A stretch of DNA of 64,000 bases from Macrostomum lignano. Taxonomy: Eukaryota. The stretch spans positions 136,845-200,844 of the forward strand of contig NIVC01002145.1 in the NCBI GenBank assembly GCA_002269645.1. The letters run 5' to 3'. A program made the position numbers and the translations under genes. Below the pieces are notes generated by a model that saw only the letters and a list, made by a program, of their open reading frames with translations, made no database searches and was not told where the DNA came from. Within the stretch, counting starts at the first letter, position 1; each line of letters begins with the position of its first letter. Below, piece by piece: positions 11,077 to 22,728 of this stretch.

Positions 11077-14000
11077 ATGCGTCGCATTGAAAAAGCATTA
11101 AAACTCGCAAGTGTCTTACTAATAAGTAGCAAAAGCAGCAAAGTCGCTACAAATGCGATGCGAGACTTATATTTTGTCTGTGCTTTCTGCGGCCTTCGAC
11201 TCTTATTGCGAATTCGTCTTTGGCGCTGCGGCTTCTGAGGTGTCGCAGCCTCTGCAGCCGGTACACTGCAACCCGCGCCTCCAAGGAACCGTTGCTGCAA
11301 AGCGGCCCGGGTTTGCAACACTTTCTGCAAGATGCTGCTTTGCAAAAGAAGATGCAGCAATCGGATCTATCTAATCACTTTGGAAAGTCAGGTTAGCGTA
11401 GCTTGCTTTGTTTCTCTCACCGCCTCTGACCTCATTCCCTTCAGTACCAGCCTCATTCCCTTCAGTACCCGCCTCATTCCCTTCAGTACCCGCCTCATTC
11501 CCTTCAGTACCCGCCTCATTCCCTTCAGTACCCGCCTCATTCCCTTCAGTACCAGCCTCATTCCCTTCAGTACCAGCCTCATTCCCTTCAGTACCCGCCT
11601 CATTCCCTTCAGTACCAGCCTCATTCCCTTCAGTACCCGCCTCATTCCCTTCAGTACCCGCCTCATTCCCTTCAGTACCAGCCTCATTCCCTTCAGTACC
11701 AGCCTCATTCCCTTCAGTACCCGCATCATTCCCTTCAGTACCAGCCTCATTCCCTTCAGTACCAGCCTCATTCCCTTCAGTACCAGCCTCATTCCCTTCA
11801 GTACCCGCCACATTCCCCTCAGTTCTCGCCTCGTTCTCCTTAGTACCCGCCTCATTCCCTTTCAGTACCCCCTTCATTACCCTCAGTTCCAGCCTCATTC
11901 CCCTCAGTACCCGCCTCATTCCCCTCAGTACCCGCCTCATTCCCCTCAGTATTCATAGAGACTCGCGGCTGCCAGATGAACTTCGCCGACACGGAGGTTG
12001 TCATGTCGATTTTAACAAAGGCCGGCTACAGAATTGTGTCGTCCGGGCAAGAGGTAGGCAGCGTTGGGGTATTCATCACAATGCAATAGTAGCCTTTTCT
12101 ACTTGCAGTAGTTAAGAGGGATATTTCCACTCCTATTTTTGCAGGCAAATATTTACTTAATAATGACTTGCGCTATTCGCGAAGGAGCCGAGAATAAAAT
12201 TAGAAAAAAGTTGCACTGGCTGTCAAACCTGAAACAGCATCGGCCGCACACTGTGGGCGTATTAGGTAAGCTGCTTTATGATGTCACACCTGTGAGTAGG
12301 AGTAGTGATTGTTCACCAATATGTGTTCACACACCTGTGACTAGGCTTAGCGACTGTTCACCAATATGTGTTCACACACCTGTGACTAGGATTAGCGACT
12401 TCACACACGTGACTAGGATTAGCGACTGTTCACCAATGTGTTCACACACCTGGGACTAGGAGTAGTGACTGTTCACCAATGTGTTCACACACCTGTGACT
12501 AGGATTAGCGACTGTTCACCAATATGTGTTCACACCTGTGAGTAAGAGAGTAGTGACTGTTCACCAATATGTGTTCACACACATGTGACTAGGAGTAGTG
12601 ACTGTTCACCAATGTGTGTTCACACCTGTGACTAAGAGAGTAGGGACTGTTCACCAATACGTGTATGCCACACACACACACACACACACACACACAAGCA
12701 CACACACACAGCTACCGCTTCAGTACTACAATCTGTTAAATTTTCTCCCGCTAGGCTGCATGGCTGAGAGACTCAAATCGAAGCTATTCGACGAGTCGTC
12801 CGTGGTTCGCGTCATCTGCGGTCCGGACGCGTACAGAGACCTGCCCAGACTGCTGGCGGATGCTGACAGCGGGCAAAGGGGCGGTGCGTGACTGACTGTA
12901 GACTGCGGGCTGTCACGGGTGTCATAACTAGCTCATTGATGGGTGTCATAGACAGTTCATTGATGGGTGTCATAGACAGTTCATTGTTGGGTGTTATAGA
13001 CAGCTCATTGATGGGTGTTATAGACAGTTCATTGATGGGTGTCATAAGCAGCTCATTGATGGGTGTCATAAGCAGCTCATTGATGGGTGTCATAGACAGC
13101 TCATTGATGGGTGTCATAGACAGTTCATTGATGGGTGTCATAAGCAGCTCATTGATGGGTGTCATAGACAGCTCATTGATGGGTGTCATAGACAGTTCAT
13201 TGATGGGTGTCATAGACAGTTCATTGATGGGTGTCATAAGCAGCTCATTGTTGGGTGTCATAAGCAGCTCATTGTTGGGTGTCATAGACAGCTCATTGAT
13301 AAGTGTCATAAGCAGCTCATTGATGGGTGTCATAGACAGCTCATTGATGGGTGTCATAGACAGCTCATTGATGGGTGTCATAGACAGTTCATTGATGGGT
13401 GTCATAAGCAGCTCATTGATGGGTGTCATAGACAGTTCATTGATGGGTGTCATAAGCAGCTCATTGATGGGTGTCATAGACAGCTCATTGATGGGTGTCA
13501 TAGACAGTTCATTGATGGGTGTCATAGACAGTTCATTGATGGGTGTCATAAGCAGCTCATTGTTGGGTGTCATAAGCAGCTCATTGTTGGGTGTCATAGA
13601 CAGCTCATTGATAAGTGTCATAAGCAGCTCATTGATGGGTGTCATAGACAGCTCATTGATGGGTGTCATAGACAGCTCATTGATGGGTGTTATAGACAGC
13701 TCATTGATGGGTGTCATAGACAGTTCATTGATGGGTGTCATAAGCAGCTCATTGATGGGTGTCATAGACAGCTCATTGATGGGTGTTATAGACAGTTCAT
13801 TGATGGGTGTTATAGACAGCTCATTGATGGGTGTTATAGACAGCTCATTGATGGGTGTTATAGACAGCTCATTGATGGGTGTTATAGACAGCTCATTGAT
13901 GGGTGTCATAGACAGTTCATTGATGGGTGTCATAAACAGCTCATTGATGGGTGTCATAAGCAGCTCATTGATGGGTGTCATAGACAGCTCATTGATGGGT

Positions 14001-16766
14001 GTCATAAGCAGCTCATTGATGGGTGTCATAGACAGCTCATTGATGGGTGTCATAAGCAGCTCATTGATGGGTGTCATTGACAGCTCATTGATGGGTGTCA
14101 TTGACAGCTCATTGATGGGTGTCATAGACAGCTCATTGATGGGTGTCATAAGCAGCAGCTCATTGATGGGTGTCATAAGCAGCTCATTGTTGGGTGTCAT
14201 AGACAGCTCATTAATGGGTGTCATAAGCAGCTCATTGATGGGTGTCAGAAGCAGCTCATTGATGGGTGTCACACAACCCCCGCAGCCAACACGCAGCTGT
14301 CCCTAGAGGAAACTTACGCAGACGTGAACCCGATCCGGGCCCAGCCCGAGTCCCCAGCAGCATTTGTGTCCATCATGCGCGGCTGTGACAATCATTGCGC
14401 ATTCTGCGTTGTGCCGCAGACGCGCGGCAGAGAGCGGTCGACACCGGCGGACGCCGTGGCGGATCAAGTCGGCCGCCTGGTGGACGGAGGCGTCCGCGAG
14501 GTCACCCTGCTTGGCCAGAACGTCAACAGCTATCGGGACGTCAGCTCCGCAGGCGTGTTCGCCGCTGGCCGGACGCCCGGCTTCTCGGCCGTCTACGCCG
14601 AACGAATCGGCGGGCTGCAATTCCCGGACCTGTTGGACAGGCTGAGCGCCGGATATCCGGCCTGTCGGTTTCGCTTCACTTCGCCGCATCCGAAAGATTT
14701 CCCAGCCAGCCTGCTGCAGCTGATTGGGGAGCGGCCCAACTTAGCCAAACAGCTGCACCTGCCGGCGCAGAGCGGCTCCACCGCCGTGCTGCAACGGATG
14801 CGGCGAGGCTACAGTCGGGAGGCCTACCTGCGACTGGTTGACGACGCCCGGGCCGCGGTGCCAAATCTGGCCATCACCGGGGATATCATCTGCGGATTCT
14901 GCGGCGAGACGGAGGCTGATCACGAGGATACGCTGGAGCTGCTGCGGCTGGTGCGTTACAGCTTTGTGTACCACTATGCCTATAGCGTGAGAGAGCGGAC
15001 CAGGGCCCACCGGCTGATGAAGGATGATGTGCCCGAGGAGGTTAAGGTGACGGTTTTGTTTACCTGATTCTTATTTACTTTGGGAGCTGTGCGTTGCTTT
15101 TTGGTTAGACTTTGAGGTATGAGGTAGATGTCAGGTAGATTTCATGTAGATATCATGTAGATATCAGTCAGGTAGATATCATGTAGATGTCAGGTAGATG
15201 TCAGGTAGATGTCAGGTAGATGTCAGGTAGATTTCATGTAGATATCATGTAGATATCAGTCAGGTAGATATCATGTAGATGTCAGGTAGATGTCAGGTAG
15301 ATGTCAGGTAGATGTCAGGTAGATTTCATGTAGATTTCATGTAGATGTCAGGTAGATGTCAGGTAGATGTCAGGTATATTTCATGTAGATTTCATGTAGA
15401 TTTCATGTAGATGTCAGGTAGATTTCATGTAGATTTCATGTAGATGTCATGTAGATGTCAGGTAGATGTCAGGTAGATTTCAAGTAGATGTCAGGTAGAT
15501 TTCAGGTAGATGTCAGGTAGATTTCAAGTAGATGTCAGGTAGATTTCAGGTAGATGTCAGGTAGATTTCGGGTAGATGTCAGGTAGATGTCAGGTAGATG
15601 TCAGGTAGATGTCAGGTAGATGTCAGGTAGATGTCAGGTAGATGTCAGGTAGATGTCAGGTAGATGTCAGGTAGATGTCAGGTAGATGTCAGGTAGATGT
15701 CATGTAGATGTCAGGTAGATGTCATGTAGATTTCATGTAGATGTCAGGTAGATGTCATGTATATGAGAGATGTCAGGTAAATGTCAGGTAGATGTCATGT
15801 AGATGTCAGGTAGATGTCATGTAGATTTCATGTGGATGTCAGGTAGATGTCAGGTAGATGAGAGATGTCAGGTAGATTTCATGTAGATGTCAGGTAAATG
15901 TCAGGTAGATGTCAGGTAGATGAGAGATGTCAGGTAGATTTCATGTAGATGTCAGGTAAATGTCAGGTAGATGTCAGGTAGATGAGAGATGTCAGGTAGA
16001 TTTCATGTAGATGTCAGGTAAATGTCAGGTAGATGTCAGGTAGATGTCATGTAGATATCAGTCAGGTAGATGTCATGTAGATGTCAGGTAGATTTCATGT
16101 AGATATCATGTAGATATCAGTCAGGTAGATGTCATGTAGATGTCAGGTAGATGTCAGGTAGATGTCAGGTAGATGTCAGGTAGATTTCATGTAGATATCA
16201 TGTAGATATCAGTCAGGTAGATATCATGTAGATGTCAGGTAGATGTCAGGTAGATGTCAGGTAGATGTCAGGTATATTTCATGTAGATGTCATGTAGATG
16301 TCAGGTAGATGTCAGGTAGATTTCATGTAGATGTCAGGTAAATGTCAGGTAGATTTCAGGTAGACATCTACCCAGCCATCGGTTGCTATGGATACCGTGT
16401 ACATCATTGCAGATGCGCCGCAGCGCCGAGGTCGATCGGGTGTTCCGCGACATCGCCAGCGCCGACAACCAGCTGTCTGTCGGGCAGCACCAGCTGGTTC
16501 TCATCGAAGGCGACAGTCGGCGCTCCGCTGACTGGTGGCGCGGCCGCAACGACCAGGGCATCCGGGTGCTGCTGCCCAAGCTGCCGCAGTCTGCGCAGCG
16601 AATTCACCAGTTCGACATTCGCGTCGGTGATTTCGTTGCCGCCCGAGTCGACAGCGCCGGCGCGCAGACGCTGCTGGCCGAGCCGCTGGCGCCGGTGCCC
16701 GACGGACCGGCCGGGTTTGCCAGCGCTCTGGCCGAACTGGACAGCTCCCGCCCGCTGCCGGCTTAG
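11077..16766 (+). CDS. CDK5RAP1: Mitochondrial tRNA methylthiotransferase (MiaB family: UPF0004, radical SAM, TRAM); exons 11077-11391 (needs +1 nt, see findings), 11950-12053, 12145-12265, 12755-12883, 14286-15046, 16413-16766
   Basis: [61 protein letters not shown], radical-SAM motif [37 protein letters not shown]|MRR and C-terminal TRAM ([17 protein letters not shown]). All joins are phase-consistent; the start codon is inferred. Confidence 0.93.
11427..11949. repeat. 21-bp minisatellite, CDK5RAP1 intron 1, ending exactly at the 3' splice site
   Basis: Tandem cctcattcccttcagtacc(c/a)g; the last unit supplies the acceptor AG at 11948-11949. Confidence 0.95.
12285..12710. repeat. About 44-bp degenerate minisatellite followed by (CA)n, CDK5RAP1 intron 3
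   Basis: cacacctgtgactaggattagcgactgttcaccaatatgtgttca units; CA tract at about 12669-12710. Confidence 0.85.
12915..14270. repeat. 24-bp minisatellite filling CDK5RAP1 intron 4
   Basis: Tandem tcattgatgggtgtcatagacagc and variants (taagcagc, gacagttc). Confidence 0.97.
15118..16370. repeat. 11-bp minisatellite (gtagatgtcag), CDK5RAP1 intron 5; shorter copies at about 19452-19820 and 22906-23274
   Basis: Direct tandem units visible; variants gtagatttcat and gtagatgtcat. Confidence 0.95.
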
Positions 16767-16770
16767 GGGC

Positions 16771-17165
16771 CCTCCCTCTGCCCTCCCTTCTGCCCTCTCT
16801 GCCCTCCTCTCTGCCCTCCCCTCTGCCCTCCCCTCTGCCCTCTACTCTTCCCTCCCCTCTGCCCTCCCTTCTGCCTCCCCTCTGCCCTCCCCTCTGCCCT
16901 CCCCTCTGCCCTCCCCTCTGCCCTCCCCTCTGCCCTCTACTCTGCCCTCCCCTCTGCCCTCCCCTCTGCCCTCCCCTCTGCCCTCCCCTCTGCCCTCCCC
17001 TCTGCCCTCCCCTCTGCCCTCCCCTCTGCCCTCCCCTCTGCCCTCCCCTCTGCCCTCCCCTCTGCCCTCCCCTCTGCTCTCCCCTCTGCTCTCCCCTCTG
17101 CCATCCTTTCTGCCCTCCCTCTGCACTCCCCTATGCCCTCCTCTCACTCTCCCCCCCTCTCCCAT
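16771..17165. repeat. 12-bp polypyrimidine repeat (ccctcccctctg) directly after the CDK5RAP1 stop; copies at about 20224-20620 and 23678-24100
   Basis: Begins within 5 nt of TAG 16764-16766. Confidence 0.95.
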
Positions 17166-17489
17166 TTTCCTTCTCATCCTTTTTGCATATGACCTTTCTC
17201 CCCTGACTGACTCCGCAACATAATTTCTAGCGCATTTTTACGAGCAAACTTTCTGCAGGGCTGGAACACCGTTTAATTGAGTTGCTTGATACCATGGTGT
17301 GCTTTAAGTCTTACCGGTACTGTGTTCCAATGCCTATGACTTCGATTGTTGTCAATCAGTTCTCCTTAGTTATAGCTTCACACATTCAATTTTGGCCTGT
17401 GAATAATAATATTAAGCTTTAATCGGCATCATTTGACAACAATTGACTCAGTCAGTCAGTCAAAACGTTGATGACATCATGAAGAAACT

Positions 17490-17745
17490 AAGAGACTTCG
17501 CCAGCTACTTTGAAAGGCTGGAAGTTCGAAAATGACCAGCTTCTGGTCAACACTGCCCAGAAAACATGGGCTATTGGTTATCAGCATTGCGGCCGTTGAG
17601 CAGATTTGCTTTAGATCTTCACTCTTCAAAGAGGGTGCAGACTTCAAGCCTTTGAGATACCTCATGACGGTAAAGTTTTCTCAGGACCCGTTGGAATGCT
17701 CATTTGATGCAATCCTGTCGCGTTCGGGACTAACAGTCACCCCAA
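17490..17745 (+). mobile_element. Decayed P-element/THAP9-like transposase fragment (copies at about 20945-21200 and 24427-24682)
   Basis: With frameshifts it reads YFERLEV/NDQLLVNTAQKTWAIG/LLVISIAAVEQI…LRYLMTVKFSQDPLECSFDAILSRS/GTNSHPN. This resembles the recalled P-transposase C-terminal motif YLLTYKxSQDxLExFF..IR..GG.NNNP. Confidence 0.62.
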
Positions 17746-17993
17746 TTTGTGCTAGAGGAAAATATTCACTACGTAGACAGAAAGTTATTTTTAAGACTCA
17801 AATCTGAAGCTACGAGCTCTTTACATATGAAACTGTCTATGGCAAAACCTTTAAAATCAAGATATGCCTCAATACACAGAACCTTGAGTATTCACACAAT
17901 CCTCGTATTTGTGAATAGCTCCATATTGAGCAGTCTCAGCACTCTCTGCGATTGTCATTTGTCACAGTCAAGGTCACTACCAGCAGCAACAAC

Positions 17994-18503
17994 ATGCACG
18001 CACTGCTAGAGGCCAAAGCCTGTCTGATCCACAGCGCCCTCAGCCGGCCAGTGGATGGCCAGCAGGTGGTGAACTGCTCAGAGCTGGCCAAGAAGCTGGT
18101 GCTAGCCGAGGAGAAGGCTCGCAGGCAGTACATTGAGAACACGCGCAACGCCAAGCTGCGCCCGATCTACAAGCTGGACGAAGAGAAACTGCAGAGCGAC
18201 TTTCGAGTGCTGAAGTTTATCGGTTGCGAGCTGTTCTCGCAGACTCTGCCGGATCATGTGACTAAATCGGAGCTCGTGGACTTTGTCATTACGGTGTACG
18301 GCAACGGCCGAGAGTGCAGCGTGTCCCAGCGGCTGTTCCAGCTGATTGACGGCCAGAACTCCGGCAGGGTGAACCAGCTGGATTTGACAATTTATTGCGA
18401 ACCGATTCTGACAAAACCGGTGCTGCAGGAGCTGGCCGGCCTGGGGCAGTCAATTAATTTTGATCAGTTTAAACGGCTCAATATTACTAATGCGTACAAG
18501 TAG
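17994..18503 (+). CDS. Intronless 169-aa EF-hand-like protein, copy 1
   Basis: ATG 17994 follows acceptor tttgtcacag (17967). GC-rich codon usage. Loop LFQLI-DGQNSGRVNQLD-L is EF-hand-like and VTKSELVDFV looks like a second degenerate hand. Confidence 0.65.
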   Translation: MHALLEAKACLIHSALSRPVDGQQVVNCSELAKKLVLAEEKARRQYIENTRNAKLRPIYKLDEEKLQSDFRVLKFIGCELFSQTLPDHVTKSELVDFVITVYGNGRECSVSQRLFQLIDGQNSGRVNQLDLTIYCEPILTKPVLQELAGLGQSINFDQFKRLNITNAYK

Positions 18504-18941
18504 GAGGGCTTTCAGTTTTTATTGCAGGGCGGTTAGCAAACAAACAGGCCAGATCAAGAATCTAGCTTATGGCTGCTGGCCAGGTGAGAGGAGATCAGAG
18601 ATGAGAGAAGAGGGAAGAGAAGGGAGAAGTGAGAGAAGAGATCGGAGATGAGAGAATGAGTGCTAACACAGGAGTCACCGTGAGAGCACGGCCTAATTAA
18701 TAATGAATTCATGTTATTAACTTACTGCCCCGAGTTCGGGACCCTGCATGCCCTGCTGAGACGATATTTTACTACAACTTTTTTTGCATAATCCACCATT
18801 CTGCCATCAAGGTCCAGAGTAACCGATCAAAATTGACTTGTTTGCATCTCAAAAAAACTGAAGTTTGAAGTCATAAACAATAAGTATTGAAGTCCATTGT
18901 TGGCTAAATGATCATGCACTGCTTCCCAGGGAAATTTCGCG

Positions 18942-19273
18942 TCCTAATCTCACCCTGTCTGTCCTAATCCCCCCTGTCTTAATCTCCCCCTTCTGTCCTA
19001 ATCTCACCCTTGTCTGTCCTAATCTCACCATTTCTGTCCTAATCTCACCCTGTCTGTCCTAATCTCACCATTTCTGTCCTAATCTCACCATTTCTGTCCT
19101 AATCTCACCCTTTCTGTCTTAATCTCCCCCTTCTGTCTTAATCTCCCCCTTCTGTCTTAATCTCACCCTTCTGTCCTAATCTCACCCTTTCTGTCCTAAT
19201 CTCACCCTGTCTGTCCTAATCTCACCCTGTCTGTCCTAATTTCACCATTTCTGTCCTAATCCCACCCTGTCTG
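18942..19273. repeat. 20-bp minisatellite (cctaatctcaccctgtctgt), truncated copy; second truncated copy at about 22396-22727
   Basis: Direct tandem units ending at the duplication junction. Confidence 0.95.
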
Positions 19274-19274
19274 G

Positions 19275-20220
19275 TGCGGCTGGTGCGTTACAGCTTTGTG
19301 TACCACTATGCCTATAGCGTGAGAGAGCGGACCAGGGCTCACCGGCTGATGAAGGATGATGTGCCCGAGGAGGTTAAGGTGACGGTTTTGTTTACCTGAT
19401 TCTTATTTACTTTGGGAGCTGTGCGTTGTATTTGGTTAGACTTTAAGGTATGAGGTAGATGTCAGGTAGATTTCATGTAGATGCCATGTAGATATCAGTC
19501 AGGTAGATGGCAGGTAGATTTCATGTAGATGTCAGGTAAATGTCAGGTAGATGTCAGGTAGATGTCATGTAGATTTCATGTAGATGTCAGGTAGATGTCA
19601 GGTAGATGTCATGTAGATGAGAGATGTCAGGTAAATGTCAGGTAGATGTCATGTAGATTTCATGTGGATGTCAGGTAGATGTCAGGTAGATGAGAGATGT
19701 CAGGTAGATTTCATGTACATGTCAGATAAATGTCAGGTAGATGTCAGGTAGATGTCAGGTTGATGTCATGTAGATTTTATGTGGATGTCAGGTAGATGTC
19801 AGGAAGAGTTCAGGTAGACATCTACCCAGCCATCGGTTGCTATGGATACCGTGTACATCATTGCAGATGCGCCGCAGCGCCGAGGTCGATCGGGTGTTCC
19901 GCGACATCGCCAGCGCCGACAACCAGCTGTCTGTCGGGCAGCGCCAGCTGGTTCTCATCGAAGGCGACAGTCGGCGCTCCGCTGACTGGTGGCGCGGCCG
20001 CAACGACCAGGGCATCCGGGTGCTGCTGCCCAAGCTGCCGCAGTCTGCGCAGCGAATTCACCAGTTCGACATTCGCGTCGGTGATTTCGTTGCCGCCCGA
20101 GTCGACAGCGCCGGCGCGCAGACGCTGCTGGCCGAGCCGCTGGCGCCGGTGCCCGACGGACCGGCCGGGTTTGCCAGCGCTCTGGCCGAACTGGACAGCT
20201 CCCGCCCGCTGCCGGCTTAG
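19275..20220 (+). pseudogene. CDK5RAP1: Duplicated CDK5RAP1 3' end (partial exon 5 at 19275-19378 plus intact terminal TRAM exon 19867-20220), copy 2
   Basis: Same sequence as 14943-16766 except a few substitutions, including His to Arg (VGQHQL to VGQRQL); splice sites intact. Confidence 0.85.
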
Positions 20221-21448
20221 GGGCCCTCCCTCTGCCCTCCCTTCTGCCCTCTCTGCCCTCCTCTCTGCCCTCCCCTCTGCCCTCCCCTCTGCCCTCTACT
20301 CTTCCCTCCCCTCTGCCCTCCCTTCTGCCTCCCCTCTGCCCTCCCCTCTGCCCTCCCCTCTGCCCTCCCCTCTGCCCTCCCCTCTGCCCTCTACTCTGCC
20401 CTCCCCTCTGCCCTCCCCTCTGCCCTCCCCTCTGCCCTCCCCTCTGCCCTCCCCTCTGCCCTCCCCTCTGCCCTCCCCTCTGCCCTCCCCTCTGCCCTCC
20501 CCTCTGCCCTCCCCTCTGCCCTCCCCTCTGCTCTCCCCTCTGCTCTCCCCCTCTGCCATCCTTTCTGCCCTCCCTCTGCACTCCCCTATGCCCTCCTCTC
20601 ACTCTCCCCCCCTCTCCCATTTTCCTTCTCATCCTTTTTGCATATGACCTTTCTCCCCTGACTGACTCCGCAACATAATTTCTAGCGCATTTTTACGAGC
20701 AAACTTTCTGCAGGGCTGGAACACCGTTTAATTGAGTTGCTTGATACCATGGTGTGCTTTAAGTCTTACCGGTACTGTGTTCCAATGCCTATGACTTCGA
20801 TTGTTGTCAATCAGTTCTCCTTAGTTATAGCTTCACACATTCAATTTTGGCCTGTGAATAATAATATTAAGCTTTAATCGGCATCATTTGACAACAATTG
20901 ACTCAGTCAGTCAGTCAAAACGTTGATGACATCATGAAGAAACTAAGAGACTTCGCCAGCTACTTTGAAAGGCTGGAAGTTCGAAAATGACCAGCTTCTG
21001 GTCAACACTGCCCAGAAAACATGGGCTATTGGTTATCAGCATTGCGGCCGTTGAGCAGATTTGCTTTAGATCTTCACTCTTCAAAGAGGGTGCAGACTTC
21101 AAGCCTTTGAGATACCTCATGACGGTAAAGTTTTCTCAGGACCCGTTGGAATGCTCATTTGATGCAATCCTGTCGCGTTCGGGACTAACAGTCACCCCAA
21201 TTTGTGCTAGAGGAAAATATTCACTACGTAGACAGAAAGTTATTTTTAAGACTCAAATCTGAAGCTACGAGCTCTTTACATATGAAACTGTCTATGGCAA
21301 AACCTTTAAAATCAAGATATGCCTCAATACACAGAACCTTGAGTATTCACACAATCCTCGTATTTGTGAATAGCTCCATATTGAGCAGTCTCAGCACTCT
21401 CTGCGATTGTCATTTGTCACAGTCAAGGTCACTACCAGCAGCAACAAC

Positions 21449-21958
21449 ATGCACGCACTGCTAGAGGCCAAAGCCTGTCTGATCCACAGCGCCCTCAGCC
21501 GGCCAGTGGATGGCCAGCAGGTGGTGAACTGCTCAGAGCTGGCCAAGAAGCTGGTGCTAGCCGAGGAGAAGGCTCGCAGGCAGTACATTGAGAACACGCG
21601 CAACGCCAAGCTGCGCCCGATCTACAAGCTGGACGAAGAGAAACTGCAGAGCGACTTTCGAGTGCTGAAGTTTATCGGTTGCGAGCTGTTCTCGCAGACT
21701 CTGCCGGATCATGTGACTAAATCGGAGCTCGTGGACTTTGTCATTACGGTGTACGGCAACGGCCGAGAGTGCAGCGTGTCCCAGCGGCTGTTCCAGCTGA
21801 TTGACGGCCAGAACTCCGGCAGGGTGAACCAGCTGGATTTGACAATTTATTGCGAACCGATTCTGACAAAACCGGTGCTGCAGGAGCTGGCCGGCCTGGG
21901 GCAGTCAATTAATTTTGATCAGTTTAAACGGCTCAATATTACTAATGCGTACAAGTAG
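21449..21958 (+). CDS. EF-hand-like protein, copy 2
   Basis: Translation identical to copy 1. Confidence 0.6.
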   Translation: MHALLEAKACLIHSALSRPVDGQQVVNCSELAKKLVLAEEKARRQYIENTRNAKLRPIYKLDEEKLQSDFRVLKFIGCELFSQTLPDHVTKSELVDFVITVYGNGRECSVSQRLFQLIDGQNSGRVNQLDLTIYCEPILTKPVLQELAGLGQSINFDQFKRLNITNAYK

Positions 21959-22728
21959 GAGGGCTTTCAGTTTTTATTGCAGGGCGGTTAGCAAACAAAC
22001 AGGCCAGATCAAGAATCTAGCTTATGGCTGCTGGCCAGGTGAGAGGAGATCAGAGATGAGAGAAGAGGGAAGAGAAGGGAGAAGTGAGAGAAGAGATCGG
22101 AGATGAGAGAATGAGTGCTAACACAGGAGTCACCGTGAGAGCACGGCCTAATTAATAATGAATTCATGTTATTAACTTACTGCCCCGAGTTCGGGACCCT
22201 GCATGCCCTGCTGAGACGATATTTTACTACAACTTTTTTTGCATAATCCACCATTCTGCCATCAAGGTCCAGAGTAACCGATCAAAATTGACTTGTTTGC
22301 ATCTCAAAAAAACTGAAGTTTGAAGTCATAAACAATAAGTATTGAAGTCCATTGTTGGCTAAATGATCATGCACTGCTTCCCAGGGAAATTTCGCGTCCT
22401 AATCTCACCCTGTCTGTCCTAATCCCCCTGTCTTAATCTCCCCCTTCTGTCCTAATCTCACCCTTGTCTGTCCTAATCTCACCATTTCTGTCCTAATCTC
22501 ACCCTGTCTGTCCTAATCTCACCATTTCTGTCCTAATCTCACCATTTCTGTCCTAATCTCACCCTTTCTGTCTTAATCTCCCCCTTCTGTCTTAATCTCC
22601 CCCTTCTGTCTTAATCTCACCCTTCTGTCCTAATCTCACCCTTTCTGTCCTAATCTCACCCTGTCTGTCCTAATCTCACCCTGTCTGTCCTAATTTCACC
22701 ATTTCTGTCCTAATCCCACCCTGTCTGG

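Noticed and set aside
12812-14306. 472-486-aa ORFs on both strands (VIDSSLMG / MTPINELS)
   Set aside because: Translations of the intronic 24-bp array; intron retention hits an in-frame TGA at 12889.
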